Origin: Gammaproteobacteria bacterium
GTDB taxonomy: Bacteria > Pseudomonadota > Gammaproteobacteria > Eutrophobiales > Eutrophobiaceae
Assembly (NCBI GenBank): GCA_047517145.1
Contig: JAKZTI010000073.1
Span: forward strand, 1 to 46,662
Reading direction: 5' to 3'
DNA: 46,662 nt
Shown here: positions 10,019-19,013 of the stretch, one piece after another
How the letters are laid out: every line of letters starts with the position of its first letter
Numbering within the stretch: position 1 is the stretch's first letter
Translations under genes and position numbers: made by a program
The notes under the pieces: generated by a model
Seen by the model: the letters and a program-made list of their open reading frames with translations, nothing else
Told to the model about the DNA's origin: nothing
Database searches by the model: none

Positions 10019-10055
10019 AGAAACGGTAAATATTTAGCAGCCTGTAGTGAATTAC

Positions 10056-10107
10056 AAAATGACCGATCTGACTTTCAATTATTTTTTGAAATCGGGTCGG
10101 TCATTTT
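10056..10107 (+). terminator. Long hairpin, probable intrinsic terminator
   Basis: AAAATGACCGA...TCGGTCATTTT perfect arms, extended by G-U pairs and TTTCAA/TTGAAA. Confidence 0.65.
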
Positions 10108-10126
10108 TCATTTAGGACGCAGAGAA

Positions 10127-11350
10127 ATGTTAACGTCTCATACCGCTCTGTTTTTAATGGCCTTATTGCTTGTGGCTGCGCTCATTGAACCGTTGGCAAA
10201 AAAGATTCACCTGCCTTTCAGTATTATCCTGGTCATCATTGGTTTCATTGGTTCAGAACTGGTCGTTAAAAAATTGGGGATAGATACCGGCATACGCTGG
10301 GATAATTTTGGCACGATTATCTTTTATTTTATTTTGCCCATTCTTATATTTCAGGCAGCCTTGGAAATTGATATCAAACTTCTGTGGAAGAATATTGTTC
10401 CTATAGGCTTACTAGCATTGCCATTGATGCTGGTTTCAGCTTTAGTGATTGCAGCAGGTGTCTATCATGGAATTGATCATGCAACTGGTTTTCCATGGAT
10501 GGCCGCCCTCATCACGGGCGCCTTGCTTTCAGCGACAGATCCTGCTGCTGTACTTTCCTTGTTAAAAAGTGTCAATGCGCCTGAACGATTAAGTATGTTG
10601 CTGGAAGGTGAAAGTCTATTTAATGATGCAACCGCAGTGGTTATGTTTAGTTTGCTGATCGCAATTGCCACAGGGGCACAGTCAGCAGATTCAATGAATG
10701 AGGTCCTGTTTCGTTTTATAACGGTATTCTTTGGTGGTCTGGTCGTTGGTTTGATTTCAGGCCTGATAATTACTTTATTCACAAAAGTGTCTGGCCGGTC
10801 ATTATTCCCCTTACTCAGCCTCATCTGTGCTTATGCAACATTCCTGATTGCTGAAGATTTACTACATTTATCCGGGGTAATGGCTGTCCTTGCCGCAGGC
10901 CTGACCGTAGGAAGATGCCGACGGGAATCTTCTGCAAAAATTCACAATGACTTTGCCGAAAAATTCTGGGGCTTGTTAGGACATATTGCTGAATCGACAA
11001 TCTTTCTATTGGCCGGCATTACCATTACCTTGTCTATGTTTACAGAACAATGGCTGGCCATAGTGATCGGTATCATTGCTGTGGTCATCGCCAGGATTAT
11101 GATGGTGTTTGGAACCTTCCCAATATTACAGATTATTCCTGGTATTGATGCTGTACCGCTGAAACAACAGACAGTCCTGGCTTGGGGAGGTATCAGAGGC
11201 ACAGTAACATTGGCACTGGCGCTATCATTGCCACTTACGCTGGATTATTGGTATACAATTCAATCTATCGCCTATGGCGTGGTGTTGTTTACACTGTTTG
11301 TACAGGCAACCACAATCGGACCGTTAATACGAAAACTTGATATAGCATAA
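10127..11350 (+). CDS. CPA1 cation:proton antiporter
   Basis: Highly hydrophobic; SATDPAAV, EGESLFND and WGGIRG motifs. Confidence 0.92.
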   Translation: MLTSHTALFLMALLLVAALIEPLAKKIHLPFSIILVIIGFIGSELVVKKLGIDTGIRWDNFGTIIFYFILPILIFQAALEIDIKLLWKNIVPIGLLALPLMLVSALVIAAGVYHGIDHATGFPWMAALITGALLSATDPAAVLSLLKSVNAPERLSMLLEGESLFNDATAVVMFSLLIAIATGAQSADSMNEVLFRFITVFFGGLVVGLISGLIITLFTKVSGRSLFPLLSLICAYATFLIAEDLLHLSGVMAVLAAGLTVGRCRRESSAKIHNDFAEKFWGLLGHIAESTIFLLAGITITLSMFTEQWLAIVIGIIAVVIARIMMVFGTFPILQIIPGIDAVPLKQQTVLAWGGIRGTVTLALALSLPLTLDYWYTIQSIAYGVVLFTLFVQATTIGPLIRKLDIA

Positions 11351-11363
11351 TCAATTCTCTGTT

Positions 11364-12083
11364 TTGAACACGCAGTCAAAATTTAAAATTCATTCGCTCG
11401 AACTGGGGCCGATGGAAAATTTTGTTTATCTGATCGAGGATACTGAGTCTAAACGCGCTGCGATTGCTGATCCTGCATGGGATGTTCCAAAAATGTTGGA
11501 ACTTGCTGAAAAACATGGCGTAACTATTACAGATATTTTATTAACACACAGTCATCATGATCATATTAACGGTGTAGGAACGGTACTTGATAAATATGAT
11601 GCTGAATTACATTTATCCCAGCCCGAGGCAGAATTCTGGGGTGCAGAATTAAGCAAGCCTTCTTTGCATTATGGTGGAGACATCATTCAGTTGGGTGAAA
11701 CAGAAATTGAGGTGTTACACACGCCAGGTCATACACCAGGGTCTGTCTGTTATCGAATTGATGATCAATTAATCACGGGTGACACCATGTTTGTTTTTGG
11801 TTGCGGACGTTGTGATCTTACCGGAGGCGATCCGGAAGAGATGTTTAATACCTTAAGGCATCTGAAGGAAACTTTATCTGGTTCAACAGTAATACATCCG
11901 GGACACAACTATGCCGTAACATCGACTGCAACCATGGAAGATCAGGTCGGGGGCAATCCGTTTATGCATTTTGACAAGAGTGGTGATTTTGTTGAATTCC
12001 GTATGCATGCACATTCACGCGCTCGTAGTACACCCTACGATGCCGTCACACCTGAGCAGGCTGCTCAGATGCTAAAAGGGTGA
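11364..12083 (+). CDS. MBL-fold metallo-hydrolase (glyoxalase II-like)
   Basis: THSHHDH, TPGHT, TGDT, GCGR and PGHNY motifs; TTG start. Confidence 0.88.
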   Translation: MNTQSKFKIHSLELGPMENFVYLIEDTESKRAAIADPAWDVPKMLELAEKHGVTITDILLTHSHHDHINGVGTVLDKYDAELHLSQPEAEFWGAELSKPSLHYGGDIIQLGETEIEVLHTPGHTPGSVCYRIDDQLITGDTMFVFGCGRCDLTGGDPEEMFNTLRHLKETLSGSTVIHPGHNYAVTSTATMEDQVGGNPFMHFDKSGDFVEFRMHAHSRARSTPYDAVTPEQAAQMLKG

Positions 12084-12128
12084 TGTAATTGATATTCAAT
12101 ATACCGAACGTCTTACAGGAGAGTCAGA

Positions 12129-12471
12129 GTGATCACTTGTCTGGGTGATTCCGGCAGGACTAAAGAGGGCTTCGTGGTTATGCCAAACAAAGCAATGCCA
12201 TGGAATCAGCGCATGGCGTGGTGGCGTGAAGGAAGTTATTAGTGTAACAGAGGATAATATTAGAATTGAAACCGGCCATGATTCTCCGGAACAATGCCAC
12301 GAATTAAAAAGAGTATGGGCGCAGGTAGTATTGGAGCGCCCCTGGAATAATTGGTATCCAAGTCGCCTGTTTATAAGGTCTCACGGGCGACAGGTCGAGA
12401 TAGGACGTTTTTTAAATGAGTCGGAACGCCAGGGCCTGGCAAAAGAGTTACAGAAACTGATTAAGAATTAG
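12129..12471 (+). pseudogene. DUF2244-family gene with internal deletion and frameshift
   Basis: RBS plus GTG at 12129 gives ...FVVMPNKAMPW, a family-like N-terminus. The +1 frame continues ISAWRGGVKEVIS...SHGRQVEIGRFLNESER, a family-like C-terminus. The hydrophobic helices between them are absent. Confidence 0.65.
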
Positions 12472-12540
12472 TTTGTAACAATAAAATCAAGAAATATCAA
12501 AAAATCTCAGCTAAAAATAAAGTCATTTCTGGTTAAATCT

Positions 12541-12560
12541 TCGTGAGTCACGACTATAAT
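12541..12560 (+). promoter_or_regulatory. Palindrome abutting a -10 box
   Basis: TCGTGA-G-TCACGA at 12541-12553, followed by TATAAT at 12555-12560. Confidence 0.35.
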
Positions 12561-12652
12561 TGTTCATTATTAGAGACAAGTTATATTATTTAACAGGCAA
12601 ATGAAATGCACAAAATTCTGTGTCATCAACGAGTGAATTGGTGGAGGTCAAC

Positions 12653-12859
12653 ATGAATGAAGATACATTGAATATGGAAATCAGGAAATTTCTAAAAAAG
12701 GTTGGGATAAGTTCGCAACGGGAAATCGAACGTGCGGTACAAAATGCTATAAGTGACGGATCGCTCACCGGGTCTGAAAATTTGGCGGTGAAAATGACGT
12801 TGGAACTCCCCGAGCTGGATATTAAACATGAGCTCGACGGTTCGATAAATTTGGGTTAA
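12653..12859 (+). CDS. DUF6494-like small protein
   Basis: MNEDTLNMEIRKFLKKVGISSQREIE; GGAGG RBS before the ATG at 12653. Confidence 0.75.
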   Translation: MNEDTLNMEIRKFLKKVGISSQREIERAVQNAISDGSLTGSENLAVKMTLELPELDIKHELDGSINLG

Positions 12860-12927
12860 AGGAAAGGAAACTAACTACCTCTTATCTATCGTGTTAAGTC
12901 ATTTTATTGCAGAACTAGATAATAATT

Positions 12928-13587
12928 TTATTTTGGTTGTTTGACAGTCCGCAAGTAAGGTTTTATTTTTTTAAATCCTTCAGGATATTTTTTCTCTGCT
13001 TCTTCGTCTGACACGGTAGGCACGATAATCACATCCTCCCCATTTTTCCAATTCACAGGTGTAGCGACCTGATGTTTGGCAGTGAGTTGCATGGAATCCA
13101 GCACGCGCAAGATTTCATCAAAGTTACGTCCGGTGGTCATGGGGTAGGTCATCATCAAATTAATCTTTTTGTCAGGATTAATAATAAAGACTGAGCGGAC
13201 TGTAGCATTTGTGGCCGCTGTACGGCCTTCGGAAGTACCCGTGATGTCAGTCGGAAACATGTTGTAGGCTTTCGCTACGGCCAAATCCTTATCTCCAATC
13301 ATGGGAAAGTTAACGGCATTCCCCTGGGTTTCTTCGATATCCTTTGCCCATTCATCATGGTCATCAACCGGATCAATGCTTAAGCCGATGACTTTACAAT
13401 TTCGTTTCTCAAATTCAGCCTCCAAACCTGCCACATAACCTAATTCAGTGGTACATACCGGGGTGAAATCTTTTGGGTGAGAGAATAAAATTCCCCAGCT
13501 ATCACCGAGCCATTCATGGAAGCTGATCTCTCCTTGCGTCGTTTCAGCTGTAAAGTCTGGTGCTATATCGTTGATTCTTAGTGTCAT
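12928..13587 (-). CDS. 1-Cys peroxiredoxin (Prx6 type)
   Basis: FSHPKDFTPVCTTE, YPMTTGRNFDE and ATPVNW motifs. Confidence 0.95.
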   Translation of the reverse strand: MTLRINDIAPDFTAETTQGEISFHEWLGDSWGILFSHPKDFTPVCTTELGYVAGLEAEFEKRNCKVIGLSIDPVDDHDEWAKDIEETQGNAVNFPMIGDKDLAVAKAYNMFPTDITGTSEGRTAATNATVRSVFIINPDKKINLMMTYPMTTGRNFDEILRVLDSMQLTAKHQVATPVNWKNGEDVIIVPTVSDEEAEKKYPEGFKKIKPYLRTVKQPK

Positions 13588-13823
13588 ATCTATTCCTGTT
13601 TTGAGAAGACTTGCAATATTCGGGATTTAAGGATTGTTTGCTGCAAGGTAAGTATAAGCCACCAGTATCGATATCTCTACATGATAACTTGGACCTAACA
13701 TTGCAAAGTTTTATTTAGTTGAACGTCTGTTTCAGTATAAATCTGTCTCTTTTTGATTCTAGAGAAATACCAGATTAATGAGCCAACCAGAACAAAAAAT
13801 GGACGAATACTCCATTAGTTGAT

Positions 13824-14138
13824 CTATTCTGCTACATCAATTTCGATCACATCATTCGATAAACGAACATCATATGTACTCACATCCTCATCGGCCGGAT
13901 CAAGAGTAACCTTCCCGGATCTAATATTGAAACACGCACCGTGCCACGGACATTCGATCTCGTCACCATTAATATTCCCATCACTTAGTGGTCCGCCTTC
14001 GTGCGTGCACGTGTCATCGATAGCAAAGAACTCTTCACCGAGCTTAAACAGGGCTATACTTCTCCCCCCTACCTCCACGCATTTGGCCTGTTGACTGTCG
14101 AAATCTGAAACTTTAGCTACGGAAACAAAATTTGACAT
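13824..14138 (-). CDS. Rieske [2Fe-2S] ferredoxin
   Basis: CTH...CPWH motifs; GGAG RBS. Confidence 0.93.
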   Translation of the reverse strand: MSNFVSVAKVSDFDSQQAKCVEVGGRSIALFKLGEEFFAIDDTCTHEGGPLSDGNINGDEIECPWHGACFNIRSGKVTLDPADEDVSTYDVRLSNDVIEIDVAE

Positions 14139-14160
14139 AATTATACTCCATTTTTAAATG

Positions 14161-14177
14161 GACTAATCGTATTAGTC
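14161..14177. promoter_or_regulatory. Candidate operator upstream of the Rieske ferredoxin
   Basis: Perfect dyad GACTAAT-CGT-ATTAGTC, 23-39 nt before the start codon. Confidence 0.35.
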
Positions 14178-14352
14178 TTTTGTGTTTATAAAGATCACAA
14201 AACCTCTGACTTCCATTCCAAAGCATAGAACCTGCAAACTCAGAATGCCAGCCTTACGCCTGTATAAACATACGGACATTCAGCTGGACAAGAATGCCGA
14301 CCTTGGTTTTGTGAGAAAGGTTGTACCTAATTATTCTAAAAGCTGAAAATTA

Positions 14353-15567
14353 TTATTTTTTCCTGTTGAGAATGCGTAAACGCAACGCATTCAGTTTGAT
14401 GAAGCCTTCAGCGTCCTGTTGATTATAGGCGCCCGCATCATCTTCAAAGGTAGCAATGTTTTCATCAAACAGGCTATCTGATTCAGACTTGCGTCCAGCA
14501 ACCATGACGTTGCCCTTGTAGAGTTTAAGGCGCACCGTGCCATTGACCCGAAGCTGTGTTTGATCAATCAGAGTTTGCAAGGCTTCGCGCTCTGGGCTCC
14601 ACCAGTAGCCGTTGTAGATCAGGCTTGCATAACGAGGCATCAGATCATCTTTAAGATGTGCGACTTCTCGATCCAGTGTGATCGATTCAATGGCCCGATG
14701 TGCTTTTAACATAATGGTACCGCCCGGTGTTTCATAACAACCACGGGACTTCATACCAACGTAACGGTTTTCGACAATATCCGCACGACCAATACCATGT
14801 GCACCGCCGATCTTGTTCAGGCTTGCCAATACTGTCGCAGGTGACATTGATTCCCCATTAATGGCAATAATATCTCCTTTGGTAAATTCCAGTTCAATAA
14901 CTTCTGTCTTGTCCGGCGCCTGTTCTGGAGAAACACTCCAACGCCACATATCTTCTTCAGGTTCACTCCATGGATCTTCCAGAATGCCGCCTTCATAAGA
15001 AATGTGTAATAGATTCGCATCCATAGAATAGGGTGAACCGCCGCCAGGTTTCTTTTCGACAACGATATTATTTTTCTCGGCATAGGCCAGCAGCTTTTCA
15101 CGAGAAGTAAGGTCCCATTCACGCCAGGGCGCAATCACCTTGATATCCGGATTCAATGCATAAGCACCGAGTTCAAAACGCACCTGATCATTGCCTTTAC
15201 CGGTGGCACCATGTGAAATGGCTTCCGCACCAGTTTCGTTTGCAATCTCAATGAGTCGTTTGGCAATCAAAGGACGCGCGATAGAAGTTCCTAACAGATA
15301 CTCACCTTCGTAGATGGTATTGGCACGAAACATAGGGTAGACAAAATCACTGACAAATTCCTCTGTCAGATCATCAATATAAATTTCCTTGATACCCATG
15401 GCTTCGGCTTTGGCGCGCGCTGATTCGACTTCCTCACCCTGACCGATATCTGCGGTGAAGGTGACGACCTCACATTGGTATTGTTCCTGCAACCATTTCA
15501 GGATCACGGAAGTATCCAGACCTCCGGAATAGGCGAGAACAACTTTGGATGGTGCGTTTTCAGTCAT
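14353..15567 (-). CDS. argG: Argininosuccinate synthase
   Basis: [22 protein letters not shown] and SRGCYETPG motifs. Confidence 0.98.
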   Translation of the reverse strand: MTENAPSKVVLAYSGGLDTSVILKWLQEQYQCEVVTFTADIGQGEEVESARAKAEAMGIKEIYIDDLTEEFVSDFVYPMFRANTIYEGEYLLGTSIARPLIAKRLIEIANETGAEAISHGATGKGNDQVRFELGAYALNPDIKVIAPWREWDLTSREKLLAYAEKNNIVVEKKPGGGSPYSMDANLLHISYEGGILEDPWSEPEEDMWRWSVSPEQAPDKTEVIELEFTKGDIIAINGESMSPATVLASLNKIGGAHGIGRADIVENRYVGMKSRGCYETPGGTIMLKAHRAIESITLDREVAHLKDDLMPRYASLIYNGYWWSPEREALQTLIDQTQLRVNGTVRLKLYKGNVMVAGRKSESDSLFDENIATFEDDAGAYNQQDAEGFIKLNALRLRILNRKK

Positions 15568-15634
15568 TAATAAAACTCCAGCTACTAAATACCTGTCAGG
15601 ATAATTTCAAGACAGGGCAAACAAAAAGGGCGCT

Positions 15635-15663
15635 ATTGTAACTGCTCAATAATACTGCGTGAA
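15635..15663 (-). promoter_or_regulatory. Candidate sigma70 promoter of argG
   Basis: Minus strand TTCACG-N17-TACAAT, followed by GC-rich AGCGCCC. Confidence 0.4.
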
Positions 15664-15737
15664 GGGGCTATGAACAGGGAAATTTCGTGATTCTATTATA
15701 AATCCAAAGATTAAGGGTTATTTAATCAACACACCGC

Positions 15738-15830
15738 CGTCATGCTGGTGTATACCAGTATCCAGTCTAAAAGGTCCGCTTTTAGCGGTATATTGTTTCA
15801 CTAGATTCCGGGACAGAGCCCGGAATGACG
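15738..15830. repeat. Inverted doublet of CGTC-type REP palindromes
   Basis: CGTCATgctggtgtataccagtATCCAG ... CTAGATtccgggacagagcccggaATGACG. Confidence 0.75.
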
Positions 15831-15876
15831 AGGCCACATATTCTGAATGCCGGGTAGGAGTCTGGAACGACAGATA

Positions 15877-16662
15877 TTATTTAATGAATTTACTGATTTC
15901 CTGCACGACAAAATCAGGATTTTCAGCATGCAACCAGTGGCCTGTATCTGCGACCGTAATGAATAAAGCGCGTGAGAATAGCTTGAATATTTTTTGCTCA
16001 TACAGATGCTTTATATAGTCAGATTTTTCACCCTTGAGAAAAAGCACCGAATTTTGATATTGCATGACACGATGATCAACAGGAAAGTCCATGAGTGCAT
16101 CAATATTGGCCTGGATAGCGTCAAGATTGATTCGCCAGCGAAATCCATCTTCAGAAATCTTTAGATTCTGTAGTAAAAACTGTCGTAAGGTCTTCGGCTG
16201 GACAGTGGATCGTAAATGTTCGTCAGCATCCTGTCGATTAGATATTTGCTCCAGCGGTAAAGCCTTGAGTGAATCGATCAGATCATTAAAACCATGTTCG
16301 TACTTCACCGGTGCAATGTCGATAATGACTAGCCTTTTAATGATTTCCGGATGCTGCAGTGCCATTTGCATGGCGACCTTGCCGCCCATGCTGTGCCCGA
16401 CAACAGAAACATCTTTAAGGGAATGCTCTGATATGAACTGGAAGACATCATCAGCCATCACTTGATAAGTCATATCATCATGATGTTCTGATTCTCCATG
16501 ATTCCGTAAATCCAGCGTAAACACCTGAAATTGGTCGCTGAGTTGACGGGCTATCGATTGCCAATTTCGTTTTGAGCCAAACAATCCATGTAAGACAAGA
16601 ATAGTTCTCCTGTCTGAGTCAGAATCTTCGGTGACGTTAAATTGGTTGAATGCGAGTTGCAT
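15877..16662 (-). CDS. Alpha/beta hydrolase, YbfF-like esterase
   Basis: LHGLFGS, DLRNHG, GHSMGG, DIAP and GHWLHAE motifs. Confidence 0.9.
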   Translation of the reverse strand: MQLAFNQFNVTEDSDSDRRTILVLHGLFGSKRNWQSIARQLSDQFQVFTLDLRNHGESEHHDDMTYQVMADDVFQFISEHSLKDVSVVGHSMGGKVAMQMALQHPEIIKRLVIIDIAPVKYEHGFNDLIDSLKALPLEQISNRQDADEHLRSTVQPKTLRQFLLQNLKISEDGFRWRINLDAIQANIDALMDFPVDHRVMQYQNSVLFLKGEKSDYIKHLYEQKIFKLFSRALFITVADTGHWLHAENPDFVVQEISKFIK

Positions 16663-16784
16663 GTGTTAAATCATATCGTATCTGTTGTAAGTCGTATTCG
16701 TCGTGGGCAAAAAAATTTAGTGAGATAAGCCATTTCATGGTATTAATAACGTATAACAATAATTAATCCGATTTCTGAAATTCC

Positions 16785-18995
16785 ATGACTGATACAAAAC
16801 AATCCGAATTAATGGGTGATATTTGGGGAGGCCTGACTGCGGCGATTGTTGCCCTGCCACTGGCGCTAGCATTTGGTGTCGCGGCCTTTGCGCCACTCGG
16901 ACCAGAACATGCGTCGACAGGTGCCTTGGTCGGTTTATTGGGTTCAATCTTTACTGGTTTTGCTGCAGCCAAGTTTGGTGGTACCCCTGCTCAGATTACC
17001 GGTCCAACAGGTCCAATGACAGTGGTCTCCACGGCATTCGTTGCCCAGATAGTTTCCGTCCATGGTGCAAACTTGTCTGTTATTGCCGTACTCATGGCCC
17101 TGGGGATAGTTATTGGTGGCACAGTTCAAATTTTGATCGGCCTGAGTGGCGGTGGAAAGGTAGTGAAATATATGCCTTATCCTGTGGTTGCCGGTTTTAT
17201 GAATGGCATTGCCATTATTATTTTCATCGGTCAGATCAAACCTTTCCTGGGAATCAGCGGGGACTGGTCAGAATTTGATTTCTCTGTGGGCTGGGTACCT
17301 ATGTTGGTTGCCTCTGGCACTGTCGCAGCCATCCTGATCAGTCGTAAGGTTTCCCAGGCCATTCCCGGTGCATTGGTGGGGCTTGTTGCGGGGATTTTAA
17401 TTTATCTTGCCCTGGCAGCATCAGGACTAGCGCCTTTTACCAGTACAAACAACCCCTTCTTGATTGGTACTGTCCCCAATCCATTTGCCAGTTGGGAACA
17501 GATGCAACGCCTGATGCCTGTCTTTCAGTTCGGTGCTCTTGAAAATCTGGGTTTCTCTGATTTTAAAATGGCCTTCACAGCTGGCCTGGCACTGGCGATT
17601 TTGGGTTCGATTGACTCATTGTTAACCTCATTGATTGCAGACTCCGTGACCCACACGCGGCATGATTCACGCAAGGAACTGATAGGGCAGGGCATTGGTA
17701 ACATCCTCAGTGGTCTGGGTGGCGGTATTGCCGGTGCCGGTGCGACCGTACGAACATTGGTCAATGTGCGTGCAGGTGGACGTACCTCACGTTCTGGTAT
17801 GTTGCATTCAACGGTTATTTTTCTGGTGGTGATGGTGTTTGGTGCTCCGGCTGGTTGGATACCTTTAGCAGCCCTGGCTGGCATTCTGTTTTATACGGCA
17901 GTCACTATGGTCGATTATTATTCCCTGCGATTAATCAAACGCCGCAACGTTCGCAGTGAATTTATTATCATGATCATCGTAACAACAATGACTGTGGTGG
18001 TAGATTTAATGGTGGCTGTGGGTGTTGGTTGCGCAATTGCCGCGATATTATTTATTACTCAACAGATCAAACAACCTGTGATTCATCGACGTGAAAGAGG
18101 CAACGAAATATTTTCAAGACGTGTACGTTCTTCAGCAAAAGAAACAGCTATTTTAAAAGAATTTGGGAAACGAACGTTGAGCTATGAACTTAAGGGTTCA
18201 CTGTTCTTTGGTACCACAGATGCACTAATTAACGATGTTGAAGCCGATCTTGAGTCAGCAGATAAATTTATTTTTGATTTTTCTCGGGTGAAGGATATTG
18301 ATTTAAGCGGGGTCAAGATTCTGTTATCAATCATAGAAAGATTACATAGTAATAAGAGACAAGTATATTTCAGTGGTTTGGTTGAATTTGAACAATCCTC
18401 AGCATTGTCCATCCGTGAGATGTTACAGGATATGGGTGTAATTACCGAAGTCGGTGAAGAAAATATTTATGCGGATCATGATCTTGCCCTGGAAGCCGCA
18501 GAGGAAGCATTGTTGCATGAACACCATGAAGGCTATAAAGAAGGTCAGCCTGCATTAATGCTACTCGATTTTGAATTGTTTCAGAATCTGGAAAGTGATG
18601 ATGCAGAAAAATTTAGCACGCTATTAGTAGAGCAAACCATTAAGGCTGGTGATTATCTATTTGCGAAAGGCGAAGCGGTCGATAGTTTTGTGCTGGTTCG
18701 TAAAGGCGAGTTGAATGTATTTAAGCAGGCAAAGAACAAAGATGTCCGTATTGCAACTGTCAGTCCTGGTGCTTTATTAGGATGGCGCGCGCTCATGAAA
18801 GAGGAGCAACGCATCACCGGCGGCATACGTGCACAGACAGATGTAGATGTTTATCTCATATCAAAAGCATCTTTTGATAAACTGGAAAACGAACATCCAA
18901 CGGCCTTGTTACATTTTCAGAGAGAACTACTCAAAAATGCCGTTGAACGTATGCAGGTGTTAACCTCCGAATTGATGATGTTGGAAGAACGCTAG
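16785..18995 (+). CDS. SulP anion transporter with STAS and cyclic-nucleotide-binding domains
   Basis: GGLTAAIVALPLALAFG, GPTGP, ELIGQG, STAS (LFFG...DLSG) and a C-terminal cNMP-type fold. Confidence 0.9.
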   Translation: MTDTKQSELMGDIWGGLTAAIVALPLALAFGVAAFAPLGPEHASTGALVGLLGSIFTGFAAAKFGGTPAQITGPTGPMTVVSTAFVAQIVSVHGANLSVIAVLMALGIVIGGTVQILIGLSGGGKVVKYMPYPVVAGFMNGIAIIIFIGQIKPFLGISGDWSEFDFSVGWVPMLVASGTVAAILISRKVSQAIPGALVGLVAGILIYLALAASGLAPFTSTNNPFLIGTVPNPFASWEQMQRLMPVFQFGALENLGFSDFKMAFTAGLALAILGSIDSLLTSLIADSVTHTRHDSRKELIGQGIGNILSGLGGGIAGAGATVRTLVNVRAGGRTSRSGMLHSTVIFLVVMVFGAPAGWIPLAALAGILFYTAVTMVDYYSLRLIKRRNVRSEFIIMIIVTTMTVVVDLMVAVGVGCAIAAILFITQQIKQPVIHRRERGNEIFSRRVRSSAKETAILKEFGKRTLSYELKGSLFFGTTDALINDVEADLESADKFIFDFSRVKDIDLSGVKILLSIIERLHSNKRQVYFSGLVEFEQSSALSIREMLQDMGVITEVGEENIYADHDLALEAAEEALLHEHHEGYKEGQPALMLLDFELFQNLESDDAEKFSTLLVEQTIKAGDYLFAKGEAVDSFVLVRKGELNVFKQAKNKDVRIATVSPGALLGWRALMKEEQRITGGIRAQTDVDVYLISKASFDKLENEHPTALLHFQRELLKNAVERMQVLTSELMMLEER

Positions 18996-19013
18996 CAATC
19001 AATCCTTTGTACC

